This document shows, in pieces, positions 19,610 to 29,305 of a DNA stretch of 64,000 bases. Source of the stretch: Planctomycetota bacterium (GTDB taxonomy: Bacteria; Planctomycetota; UBA8108; SXIK01); the NCBI GenBank assembly GCA_965223265.1, contig OZ244999.1:4800001-4864000 (forward strand), read 5' to 3'. Position 1 is the stretch's first letter. Each line of letters opens with the position of its first letter. The position numbers and the translations under genes were made by a program. Below the pieces are notes generated by a model. It made no database searches. It was not told where the DNA came from and was given only the letters and a program-made list of their open reading frames with translations.

Positions 19610-22600
19610 ATGTACGGATGGCGCTCGCGCAGTTCATGGAGTCTTTTGGCAGTTGTGTTGACCGGAGTGATCGCTGGCGGGCTCGATTTCGCCCACGCCG
19701 ACGTCGAGCTAAATGTCGTGGCCAACCCCGACCCCGCCGCGCCAGGCGAGCAGATCCGCGTTCAGATCACCGTCGCCAACAACGGCGCGAGCTCCGAAAG
19801 CGATCTAATAGTCAGTATGGATTACCCAGCGGGCATGAACTTCGTCGCCGAGAGCCTGATCACCGGTCCGTTCACGTTCAACTGCACCAGTGCCTCGTGT
19901 ACGTCTGGGGAAACCATGGTTTGGGACGTGGGAATTCTCGCTCCAGGTCAGTCGCTGACCTTCTCCTTCCCTGCGGTCGTGGCGAACGCGACACTCGCAG
20001 GCACGGAGATTAATTGGCTGGCCGCGGTGTCGAATGCAGGCGGCGAGCTCGCAACCAGCTTGTCGGTCATCACCGTAGATCCTGAGCCAGCACTTTCGGT
20101 CTCGATCGATGAGCGCGACGACCCTGTCGTCGCCGACGGCGATCTCAGCTTCACGATCCGCTACGGCAATCGATCCGCCGCCAGCGTCACGTCGACGCAG
20201 CTGCGCTTTCCGATGCCGGCGCAGACGATGTTCGTCTCCGCGAGTCAAAGAGGCATACTCGCGGACGGTGAAGTCAGCTGGGATTTGGGGACATTGGCTG
20301 CGGGAGCGGTCGGCGAACGGACGGTTGTCGTGCAGGTAGACGGTCCCCCGTCCAGTGGCAGTCTCATCGCCTCCGAGGCCATCATCGAAGCGATCAGCAG
20401 CGCCCTGCCCACCCGACGTCGGTCGAGCGAAGTGACACGGGTGGCGCCGAACACCCCGCTTGCGCTCAGCTTATCCGTTTTCCCTCAGTCAGCGCAGCCG
20501 GGGGAGACGACGATCGTAGAGATGACCGTGACCAACACCGACGACGCACAGGTGTTCGGTGGTCGCATCGATCTGTCGTATCCAGCGGGCATGAACTTCG
20601 TAGCCGAGAGCCTGATCAACGGCCCATTCACATTCGGCTGCTCCAGCGCTTCGTGCATCGCAGGAGAAGTCGTCGTCTGGGAATTAGAAACGATGAACCC
20701 GGGTCAGTCCCTGACCTTTTGGTTTCCAGCCGCGGTAGCTAATGCGACGCCGAGTGGCAGCGCGATACCGTGGCGCGCGAAGATCTCAGATGATAGCGGC
20801 GCCGAGTCAGAAGAGTCGACAACGACAACGGTCAGAGAGGATCCGGCGCTCACGCTCGCCCTCTGCGAAGACGCGGATCCGATCGCCGCCGGCGACGACC
20901 TGACCGTCACCATGCGCTACGGAAACAGCGCGGCAAGCAGTGTGTCGTCCGTGGCGCTTTCTTTCCCGGTTCCGTCTGGGACCACGTTCGTCTCTGCCAC
21001 CGGGGACGCGTCGGTTTCCGACGGCGTCGTGAGCTGGTCATTAGGGACGCTCGATGCGGGCGGCGTCGGTGAGCAGCGCGTCGTGCTCTCAGTCAACGAG
21101 AACCTGACACCCGGCACGCTCGTCGAGTCCGAAGCCGCGATCGGAGGCACGAGGAACGCTCTGCCGACGGAACGACGCGCGACGACGGCAACGGTCGTCG
21201 CACCGACGCGTGGTCTCGAAGTCAGCCTCAATGTGACACCACAGCCGGCGCAGCCAGGTGAGCAACTGGACGTCGAGATCACCGTGGCCAACAGCGCCGC
21301 ATCGCCGGTATTCGGCGCCCGGGTCGAGCTGCGCTATCCGCCCGGGCAAAACTTCGTGGCGGAAAACCTCGTCACCGGCCCATTCACGTTCAACTGCAGC
21401 AGTGCTTCGTGCGTTTCGGGAGAGAACGCAGTCTGGGACCTAGGCACCCTAAGTGCAGGGCAATCGATGACGTTCTCAATGCCATCAGTTGTTGCCCAAG
21501 CGACACCGGCCGGCAGCGTGATTCCATGGCAGGTGCTTGCCCTAGACGACAGCGGCGCAGTCACCGCGGAGTCGAAAGTCACCACCGTCGACGCTACTCC
21601 GGAGCTGTCGATAACGATTGACGAAAGCCGTGATCCCGTTCCAGCTGGAGAGGAGCTCACGTATAGCGTCATCTATGGCAACGCTTCGGACATCAGCGTC
21701 ACCGGCGCGGTTTTGTCGTTCGCTCTTCCAACCGAGAGCACGTTCACCTCTGCGTCTGGCGATGGTGAATTCGCCGACGGGAGCGTTCGCTGGTCGCTCG
21801 GCACGCTCGGTGCTGGAACGGTAGGTGAGGAGAGTGTCGTCGTCTCGGTGGCTGGGGGACTCCCGAACGGTACGCTGTTGGACTCGGAAGCTGCCATCGA
21901 AGGGACCGCCGGATCGCTGCCGACTCAGCGGCGGGCGACTGCTGCCACGTACGTTGCGCCCGACACGCCGTTAGGGCTCACGCTCGATGTCGTTCCATCA
22001 TCCCTTCTGCCCGGCGAGTCCGTCGACGTCCGGCTGGCGGTGACGAACACCTCCGCGGCGCAAGTCTTCGGCGCTCGGGTTGACATGAGACATCCAACAG
22101 GGCTGAACTTCGTCAACGAGGCTGCGATCACCGGACCATTCACGAACAACTGCACGAGCGCATCGTGCATCTCCGGTGAGAACATGATCTGGGATCTCGG
22201 CGTTCTCGATCCGGGCGCCACCGTACTGCTCGGTGTTCCATCGACTGTTGCGAACTTGACGCCTAGGGGCAGTGTCATTTCATGGAAAGCGATGGCAAGC
22301 GAAGATTCGGGCTCCGTCGTTCACCGATCAACAAGCGGTGGAATCACCGAGACCGATGTGAGTGTTTTCCTTCGTGGTGACTGTAATGATGACGGCTCCG
22401 TCGATATTTCCGATGGCATCTTCAACCTCAATGCGCTCTTCGTCCAAGGAAGCGAACAATCGAACTGCCTCGAGGCTTGCAACGCCAACAACGACGATTC
22501 GAACGACATTTCGGATGCAATCTTCCTCTTCAACTTCTTGTTCGTTGACGGAGAACCCATCGAGCCGCCGTACCCGGGATGCGGAGAAGACCCGCAGCCG

Positions 22601-22645
22601 GACGACAGCATCGGCTGCGATCGGACAGCTTGTCTCGACGTCTGA
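19610..22645 (+). CDS. Large secreted DUF11/Ig-like repeat protein with C-terminal dockerin
   Basis: Signal peptide; seven Ig-like modules, four carrying G.NFV.E..I.GPFT..C.SASC..GE...W; C-terminal FLRGDCNDDGSVDISDG...ACNANNDDSNDISDA. Confidence 0.8.
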   Translation: MYGWRSRSSWSLLAVVLTGVIAGGLDFAHADVELNVVANPDPAAPGEQIRVQITVANNGASSESDLIVSMDYPAGMNFVAESLITGPFTFNCTSASCTSGETMVWDVGILAPGQSLTFSFPAVVANATLAGTEINWLAAVSNAGGELATSLSVITVDPEPALSVSIDERDDPVVADGDLSFTIRYGNRSAASVTSTQLRFPMPAQTMFVSASQRGILADGEVSWDLGTLAAGAVGERTVVVQVDGPPSSGSLIASEAIIEAISSALPTRRRSSEVTRVAPNTPLALSLSVFPQSAQPGETTIVEMTVTNTDDAQVFGGRIDLSYPAGMNFVAESLINGPFTFGCSSASCIAGEVVVWELETMNPGQSLTFWFPAAVANATPSGSAIPWRAKISDDSGAESEESTTTTVREDPALTLALCEDADPIAAGDDLTVTMRYGNSAASSVSSVALSFPVPSGTTFVSATGDASVSDGVVSWSLGTLDAGGVGEQRVVLSVNENLTPGTLVESEAAIGGTRNALPTERRATTATVVAPTRGLEVSLNVTPQPAQPGEQLDVEITVANSAASPVFGARVELRYPPGQNFVAENLVTGPFTFNCSSASCVSGENAVWDLGTLSAGQSMTFSMPSVVAQATPAGSVIPWQVLALDDSGAVTAESKVTTVDATPELSITIDESRDPVPAGEELTYSVIYGNASDISVTGAVLSFALPTESTFTSASGDGEFADGSVRWSLGTLGAGTVGEESVVVSVAGGLPNGTLLDSEAAIEGTAGSLPTQRRATAATYVAPDTPLGLTLDVVPSSLLPGESVDVRLAVTNTSAAQVFGARVDMRHPTGLNFVNEAAITGPFTNNCTSASCISGENMIWDLGVLDPGATVLLGVPSTVANLTPRGSVISWKAMASEDSGSVVHRSTSGGITETDVSVFLRGDCNDDGSVDISDGIFNLNALFVQGSEQSNCLEACNANNDDSNDISDAIFLFNFLFVDGEPIEPPYPGCGEDPQPDDSIGCDRTACLDV

Positions 22646-22911
22646 CGGTTACCGCCAGCACGACGCCCCTACGTGGTGCCACACACACGCTGCCCCAAAC
22701 CTACGACTCGGGCAGTGCCGACAACAGCTCTGCCCGAGATCCAGATCCTTGACGCGGCCGGCGCACCGGTCGCTGTGATGGGACGATGCCAATCCCCAAA
22801 GACGCGAAAACCGCTCTGCAGTTTCGACGCTCCAAGTTACGCTATTGGGAGAATCTTTCGGAAATAGGTCTCTGTCCCCGGGCGGGGTCACAATGAATCG
22901 GGAGGGAACCT

Positions 22912-24282
22912 ATGCGTCACATACTGCTGATCGTCTGTCTCTGTCTGTTCGCTGTGTGTTTTTCTGCTGTCGTCAGCGCCCAGCCGAGCGAGCCTGACGT
23001 TCGAGCTTACTCAGCCACCAAGACGGTGGTCCCACCGGTCATCGACGGTGTGGTGAGCCCAGGCGAGTGGGAAGCCGCGGATGCGGCCGCCGGTGACTTC
23101 CGCCTTCTGCGCACGCCTGCGCCGGGCGCGCTCGCCGAAGAGAACGCTCGCTTCCGGATCGTCTGGGACGACGAATACTTATTTGTTCTGCTGGAATCCG
23201 ATCGCCCTGAGTGGGCGCCGCCAGGTGATCGCCCCATCAGCTTCACCACGAATGATTTCAACACGAACTGGTACTTCGACCCTGACCTCGATGGCAATGG
23301 CAACGTCAACCCGCCGACCGGCTATCAAATCGCCTACTCGCAGCGCGCCGGTGAGTCGTCGATTTGCGATGGCGAGCGTTCCAATCTCGGTGTCTTCTTT
23401 GAAGCTCACGTAAACGATCGTTTCGGCAATCAGGGCAACTGGTTTCCTGCCGGACAGGGCCTCAAAGTCATGCAGCGCCTCGACGATTTTGGAGGCGTTA
23501 CAGAGATGAAGATTCCGTGGACGATCTGGAACGCTGCGGGTCCGAACCCGGAAACTAGTGGACTCTTCCATCCGTTTGCCCCGGAGGATGGCGACGTGTG
23601 GTTTTTCAACCTAGGACTCCTTCGAGCCGGCGTCTCTGGGATCCAGTCCCTGCCCATCTGGAATTACAACGCTTCTCAGTTCTTCGTCGACCGGCCTGAC
23701 GGGACGCTCTCGTTCCACGTCCCCGAGGCTGCCGAGCAAATCCAGCAGCTTGCAAATTTCGTCGCGCACTTGGATCTACCTGAAGGTACGGCCACGAGCC
23801 TTCATGCCATGCTCGCCGCAGCACGCGGCCCGCTGACTGACTCAAGCCCTACGAACGACGTCGTCGGCATCAACGTTTTGGCGGCGCTTGCTCACGCCGT
23901 CCGAGGACAAGAGATGGGAAGCCGCATTCCAGCCGCAGATGCCGCAGTGCTCCAGAGCAGTCTGGAGAAAACCATCCACGCGTGGGCGAGCACCGACGGC
24001 CGAGGCCTCGGAGGGCGCAGGAGACCTTTCCTGCGCGGCGATGCCAACTCCGACGATGCACTCGACATCGCGGACGCAGTGTTCGCGTTGAGTTACCTGT
24101 TCATCGGCGACCGAGAAAGTTTGTGTGACGACGCAACCGACGCGAACGACGACGGCGAGATTGACATTTCGGACTCTCTGTATGTCCTACGTCACCTCTT
24201 TGTGGACACCTCGCCGTTGCCGATTCCTTACCCGTTTCTGGGCTTCGACCCCACAGTGGATGCGCTCGGCTGCGAGTCGTAG
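22912..24282 (+). CDS. Secreted CBM9-like sugar-binding protein with C-terminal dockerin
   Basis: PPVIDGVVSPGEW, WDDEYLFV, EMKIPW (CBM9/DOMON-like); FLRGDANSDDALDIADA...DANDDGEIDISD dockerin. Confidence 0.75.
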   Translation: MRHILLIVCLCLFAVCFSAVVSAQPSEPDVRAYSATKTVVPPVIDGVVSPGEWEAADAAAGDFRLLRTPAPGALAEENARFRIVWDDEYLFVLLESDRPEWAPPGDRPISFTTNDFNTNWYFDPDLDGNGNVNPPTGYQIAYSQRAGESSICDGERSNLGVFFEAHVNDRFGNQGNWFPAGQGLKVMQRLDDFGGVTEMKIPWTIWNAAGPNPETSGLFHPFAPEDGDVWFFNLGLLRAGVSGIQSLPIWNYNASQFFVDRPDGTLSFHVPEAAEQIQQLANFVAHLDLPEGTATSLHAMLAAARGPLTDSSPTNDVVGINVLAALAHAVRGQEMGSRIPAADAAVLQSSLEKTIHAWASTDGRGLGGRRRPFLRGDANSDDALDIADAVFALSYLFIGDRESLCDDATDANDDGEIDISDSLYVLRHLFVDTSPLPIPYPFLGFDPTVDALGCES

Positions 24283-24460
24283 TCACCACGCGGCACCACA
24301 CCTCTCGTTGACCTGCGCTTCTCACAAGTCATCTCGAAGACACCGACAAGGTGGCAGCATGACGACCTCTCGCTGTGGTCTGCCCGCCGAGTTTTCCAGC
24401 GCCTGAAGCCCGCCAACGGCGGTATGATTGCGCACGTACGATGGGCCGAAGCTCGTCGAG

Positions 24461-24663
24461 CGCACTCAGAGGCTGTGAGGTTTTTGAAACTTGCCGTCGC
24501 AACTCACGGAACCCTCCGGAACAGCACACGGCGTGTGCCTGCTACTTTGAAGAGCGCGTTGGCGACGTCTCTATAGTAGCAGGCACACTCCCGTGTGCCG
24601 TTCCGAACGTGAGCGCGAGTTCTGACGGCACGTTTCAAGAACTTCACAGCCCTCAAGTGTGCG
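24461..24663. repeat. ~200-bp imperfect palindrome: outer ~45-bp inverted repeats enclosing an inverted REP pair (REPIN/MITE-like)
   Basis: GGCTGTGAGGTTTTTGAAACTTGCCGTC pairs with GACGGCACGTTTCAAGAACTTCACAGCC; inner GCACACGGCGTGTGCCTGCTACT pairs with AGTAGCAGGCACACTCCCGTGTGC. Confidence 0.75.
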
Positions 24664-24689
24664 GGAAACTTCCGGCGAAAGGTTGGGCG

Positions 24690-26147
24690 TTGAATCGAAG
24701 CCACCTCCCCTTGGCGACACCACAGTTGGCATCACAGCCGAAAACGGCACCGATCGCGCGGCGCTACTTCCTCGGTGAGTGTGGCGTTGGCCTTGGGTCG
24801 ATGGCGCTCGCATCTCTCCTCGCTGACCGTGATGCGTTCGGCGCCGCATCGCGATCCACGGCAGCGCAGCAGCCGCATTTTCAGGCGCGTGCCAAGCACG
24901 TCATCTTTCTCTTCATGGCCGGCGGCCCTAGTCAGCTCGAGCTGTTCGACAACAAACCTCAGCTGCGTCGATTCGACGGTCAGCAAGTCCCCGCCGAGGT
25001 GATCGAGGGATTCGACCTGCCGTTCATCGAGCGCGATGCCGCGCTCATGTCGTCGCCGCTTAAGTTCTCGCGCTATGGGGAGAGCGGCGCTGAACTGTCG
25101 GAAACGCTCCCCCACCTCGCCGAAATCGCCGACGATATCGCGATCGTCAAGTCAATCCACACTGACGCTTTCAACCACGCGCCGGCGCAGCTTTTCCTCC
25201 ACACCGGGCACCTGCAGCTCGGCAAGCCGAGCATGGGCTCGTGGACCACGTACGGACTTGGGAATGACACTGCCGACCTGCCGGCGTTCGTCGTACTCGG
25301 GACGACCGCCATCAGCGGCGGCGCGGCGTGTTTTGACTCTGGGTTTTTGCCCACCGTTTACCAAGGCGTGCCGTTTCGCTCGCGCGGCGCACCGGTGCTC
25401 TTCGTTGACAACCCCGTCGGCGTCGACGCGCGCTTGCAGCGCGACACATTGGATACGCTTGCGGCACTCAACCGCCAACGCCTCAGCGTTGTTGGCGATC
25501 CAGAAATCGCCGCACGCATCAGCGCGTACGAGCTTTCGTTTCGCCTGCAGGCAAGTGCTCCCGAGCTCATGGACATCACCCGAGAGCCGGCGACAACGCT
25601 CGAGATGTACGGCGCCGAACCGGGCAAACCGTCGTTTGCCAACCAATGCCTGCTCGCGCGGCGGCTGGTCGAACGCGGTGTTCGCTTCGTCGAAGTCGCC
25701 TTGAGCGGCTGGGACCATCACTCGAACGTTGGCAATGGTGTACAGCGGATGTGCCAGAAGACCGATCAAGCGTCGGCCGCCCTGGTGAAAGACCTGAAAC
25801 AGCGAGGCCTTCTCGACGACACCGTGGTGATTTGGGGCGGCGAGTTTGGACGCACTCCGATGGCAGAAAACAATCCGGCGCTTGGCCGCAGTCGCGGGCG
25901 TGACCATCACCCCAACGCCTACGCCATGTGGTTCGCCGGTGGCGGCGTGCAGTCTGGCCAGACGATCGGAGAGACGGACGACATGGGATACCACGTCGTC
26001 GAAGATCCGGTGCACATCCACGACGTGCAGGCGACCGTTCTCCACCTCTTAGGAATGAACCACACGAAGCTGACCTTCCGCCATCAAGGGCGAGACGTGC
26101 GCCTGACCGATGTCGGCGGTCACGTGATCAAGCGGTTGATTTCATGA
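24690..26147 (+). CDS. DUF1501 domain protein (planctomycete sulfatase-like family)
   Basis: AKHVIFLFMAGGPSQLELFDNKP, PSMGSWTTYGLG, LLARRLVERGVRFV, WDHH, WGGEFGRTP, GRDHHP, DVQATVLHLLG. Start approximate. Confidence 0.9.
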   Translation: MNRSHLPLATPQLASQPKTAPIARRYFLGECGVGLGSMALASLLADRDAFGAASRSTAAQQPHFQARAKHVIFLFMAGGPSQLELFDNKPQLRRFDGQQVPAEVIEGFDLPFIERDAALMSSPLKFSRYGESGAELSETLPHLAEIADDIAIVKSIHTDAFNHAPAQLFLHTGHLQLGKPSMGSWTTYGLGNDTADLPAFVVLGTTAISGGAACFDSGFLPTVYQGVPFRSRGAPVLFVDNPVGVDARLQRDTLDTLAALNRQRLSVVGDPEIAARISAYELSFRLQASAPELMDITREPATTLEMYGAEPGKPSFANQCLLARRLVERGVRFVEVALSGWDHHSNVGNGVQRMCQKTDQASAALVKDLKQRGLLDDTVVIWGGEFGRTPMAENNPALGRSRGRDHHPNAYAMWFAGGGVQSGQTIGETDDMGYHVVEDPVHIHDVQATVLHLLGMNHTKLTFRHQGRDVRLTDVGGHVIKRLIS

Positions 26148-29095
26148 TGACGCGCGCAAGGCGAGGCTCAAATCGACGCCGACGCGAGTCGACGATGTCT
26201 GGGGCCGCGGTTGCGGGCTTGTCATCTCGAGTCACGGCTGTGGCGCTGCGAGCCTGCTTGGCCCTCGCCTTCTTCACAGTCGCGTCTCGGTCAGGAAAGG
26301 ACTATGGAGCAACCACGCTCAGCGCCGCAGAGCCCACATCAAGGCAGGATGAAAGCGTCGCAGACAGAGAGAGAGCTGCCGCCTCCGATCACTGGGCGTT
26401 TCACTCGCCCGTTCGCCGCGCGCTGCCGCGGGTGCGGCGCCAGGATTGGCCGCGTCGCGCTTTCGATCGATTCGTCCTCGCGCGTCTCGAAGCCGAAGGA
26501 CTCGAGCCCTCAGCGACCCCCGACCGCGCCCGCCTCATCCGCCGACTCAGCATCGACCTGATCGGACTGCCGCCATCGATCGAGGAAGTCGACGCGTTCG
26601 TGAATGACCCCGAGCCACGCGCCTACGAAAAAGTGGTCGATCGGCTCTTGGCATCGCCTCACTTCGGTGAACGCTGGACGCTCTGGTGGCTCGATCTTGC
26701 ACGCTACGCCGACAGTAACGGCTATGAGTCCGACCGCACACGCTCCATCTGGCCATATCGCGACTGGGTGATCGAGCAACTAGCGGCCGATCTGCCATTC
26801 GATCGCTTCGCGATAGAGCAGATGGCCGGCGACATGCTTCCGGACGCCTCGGCGTCGCAGCTCATCGCAACGGGTTTCCATCGCAACACGTTCATCAACG
26901 AAGAAGGTGGCCACGACTGGGAGCAGTTTCGGTGGGAGTCCGTCGTCGATCGCGTCCACACTACCGCCACGGTGTTCTTGGGACTCACCGTCGCCTGCGC
27001 GCAGTGCCACGACCACAAGTACGACCCGATTTCGCAGCGCGAGTACTGGGAGCTGTTCGCATTTCTCAACAACACGGACGAGCCCGAGATCGAAGTATTG
27101 GACGCGAGTGTCGAACAACGTCAAAAAGAGATCGATGCGGAGATTGAGCGACGCATCGCTGCACGCGCCAACAACTTTCCATATCCGCCTGAGCTGAACG
27201 ATGCTGCGGCGCGCAATCAACACCTCGAAAGCAAGCTGCGCGCGTGGTGCGACAGCGAGTCGAAACGTGCCATCGAATGGCAAATCCTCGACCCGCTGAA
27301 AGCTTCCTCACTTGGAAACGCGACCTTCACCGAGCTCGACGATCGTTCCCTGCTCGTGACAGGAGATCGCCCGGAAGTGGACACGTACGAGCTCCTCTAC
27401 GAGGTGCCGACCCAGCGCATCACTGGTTTTCGTCTCGAAGCCATCCCTGACAGTCGACTCCCGCACCACGGACCCGGGCGCGGCAGCTTCATGGACGACG
27501 GCACGTTCGTCGTCACCGAATTCAACGTCGAGTCCGTTCCATCTCGACGCCAAATCGTGGCTGTGGCGCCTCCGAAACGACGCTCAGGGGTCGCATTCGA
27601 GTTCTCGAAAGCGCACGCCACTTTTCAGCATAGCGGCCGCACCGTCGACAAGGCGATCGATGGCGACCGACTGACGAGCTGGCACATCAAGGACGGTGGC
27701 GGCAAGCGTCACGTCGCCGTATTCGAGACTACGCACGCTTACGATATCGAGCCCGGCTCGCGCCTCAAGGTCACGATCGTGCAAAACTTCGTGCACCAGC
27801 AGACGCTCGGTCGATTCCGCCTCTACGTCACGGACGCCGCCGCGCCTCTTCACGCCAACATCCGATCGACAGCGATCGACGCGGCGCTGCGGAGAAATTC
27901 TGCGGCGCGGACTGAAGCGGAGTGGCAACAGCTGAAAGCACACTATCTTTCCGTCACACCTGAATTGACTGAGTGGAATAAGGGCATCGACGAACTACAG
28001 GCGACGAGGCCGCGGCTGCCAACCACGATGGTGTTCACGGAGCGACACGAGCTGCGGCCAACCCACGTGCACGAACGCGGCGAGCACTTGCGGCCGACCA
28101 CTCGCGTCTCTCCAGGTGTACCCCAGGTGCTGCACGGACTCCTTAACAACGCGGCGCCGAACCGACTCACGTTCGCGCGCTGGCTCGTCGACCGCCGCAA
28201 TCCACTCGTCGGACGCGTCATCGTCAACCAGCTCTGGCAGGCTTACTTCGGGCGCGGCATCGTCAGCACACCTGAAGACTTCGGCACGCGTGGTGCACCG
28301 CCGTCACATCCCAGAGTCCTCGACTGGCTCGCTCTCGATTTCGCCGACGCAGGGTGGAGCCTGAAGGCGATTCACCGTGAGATCGTCCTTTCGGCAACGT
28401 ACCGCCAAGACTCGCACCTCTCCGCGGCACTGGCCGAACGCGACCCCGACAACGTCCTCCTCGCACGCGGCCCACGCCTTCGCGTCGACGCGGAGGTGCT
28501 TCGGGACACGGCGCTCGCGACCAGCGGCCTGCTCGTGCGCAAAATCGGCGGTCCCAGCGTGTTCCCGCCGCAGCCGGCCGAGGCAGGCGTCTCCTTCGGG
28601 CCGTTTCGCTGGAAGGATAGCGTCGGGGACGATCGCTACCGCAGAGGACTCTATACCTTTCGCAAGCGCGGCGCGCCGTATGCCGCGTTTGCGACCTTCG
28701 ACGCTCCGGCACCGAACACGTGCGCGGCAGCAAGACGCAGATCGAACACACCGCTCCAGGCGCTTGCTCTTCTGAACGACGTCGTGTTGATCGAAGCGGC
28801 GCAGGCAATGGCGATGCGAACCCTCAGCGAGGCGCCAAGCACAGACGCGGCAAGTCGAGCCCGCTACGCTTTTCGGCTTTGCGTCGCGCGGCAGCCGACT
28901 GAAAGTGAGCTCGCGGCGATCGTCGCATTCTTCGAGCGTCAGCAGGCGCGTTTCGTATCAGGCTCGCTCGACGCCGCGGCGATCACGGGCAGCGCTGGAG
29001 AGGGCGCGCCCCAGGCGGAGCTGAATGCCCTCGCTGCGTGGACGACGGTAGCACGCATGCTCCTCAACCTCGACGAGACGATCTCCAAGGGATAA
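26144..29095 (+). CDS. DUF1549/DUF1553 (PSCyt2/PSD1) planctomycete protein
   Basis: HWAF, LIRRLSIDLIGLPP, WLDLARYADSNG, CAQCHDHKYDP, RVIVNQLWQAYFGRGIV, PSHP..LDWLA, SNTPLQAL, LLNLDETISK. Confidence 0.9.
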   Translation: MMTRARRGSNRRRRESTMSGAAVAGLSSRVTAVALRACLALAFFTVASRSGKDYGATTLSAAEPTSRQDESVADRERAAASDHWAFHSPVRRALPRVRRQDWPRRAFDRFVLARLEAEGLEPSATPDRARLIRRLSIDLIGLPPSIEEVDAFVNDPEPRAYEKVVDRLLASPHFGERWTLWWLDLARYADSNGYESDRTRSIWPYRDWVIEQLAADLPFDRFAIEQMAGDMLPDASASQLIATGFHRNTFINEEGGHDWEQFRWESVVDRVHTTATVFLGLTVACAQCHDHKYDPISQREYWELFAFLNNTDEPEIEVLDASVEQRQKEIDAEIERRIAARANNFPYPPELNDAAARNQHLESKLRAWCDSESKRAIEWQILDPLKASSLGNATFTELDDRSLLVTGDRPEVDTYELLYEVPTQRITGFRLEAIPDSRLPHHGPGRGSFMDDGTFVVTEFNVESVPSRRQIVAVAPPKRRSGVAFEFSKAHATFQHSGRTVDKAIDGDRLTSWHIKDGGGKRHVAVFETTHAYDIEPGSRLKVTIVQNFVHQQTLGRFRLYVTDAAAPLHANIRSTAIDAALRRNSAARTEAEWQQLKAHYLSVTPELTEWNKGIDELQATRPRLPTTMVFTERHELRPTHVHERGEHLRPTTRVSPGVPQVLHGLLNNAAPNRLTFARWLVDRRNPLVGRVIVNQLWQAYFGRGIVSTPEDFGTRGAPPSHPRVLDWLALDFADAGWSLKAIHREIVLSATYRQDSHLSAALAERDPDNVLLARGPRLRVDAEVLRDTALATSGLLVRKIGGPSVFPPQPAEAGVSFGPFRWKDSVGDDRYRRGLYTFRKRGAPYAAFATFDAPAPNTCAAARRRSNTPLQALALLNDVVLIEAAQAMAMRTLSEAPSTDAASRARYAFRLCVARQPTESELAAIVAFFERQQARFVSGSLDAAAITGSAGEGAPQAELNALAAWTTVARMLLNLDETISKG

Positions 29096-29305
29096 CCTCG
29101 TCGCAGCGCCGCTGCGCAGCACCATCGCGAGCGACGCTCTTGATTGTCCTCAAGAGATCTTGCACACGCCGCGCGGAGGCTACATGCTTCAAGAGCCGCT
29201 TCAACACGCGTTGGAAAAGCACATCCTCAGGGAGGACCCCGCATGGCGGTGTGTACGCAGCGTCGGGAGTGTCCGCAGAGCGTCGCTGACTCGAGGCGAA
29301 GAATC

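Noticed and set aside
24375-24690. Long N-terminal extensions given by the ORF track (DUF1501; also rtcR, 31635, 33577-34039, 63468-63906)
   Set aside because: They run through repeats, regulatory DNA or neighbouring genes; downstream starts fit the families better.
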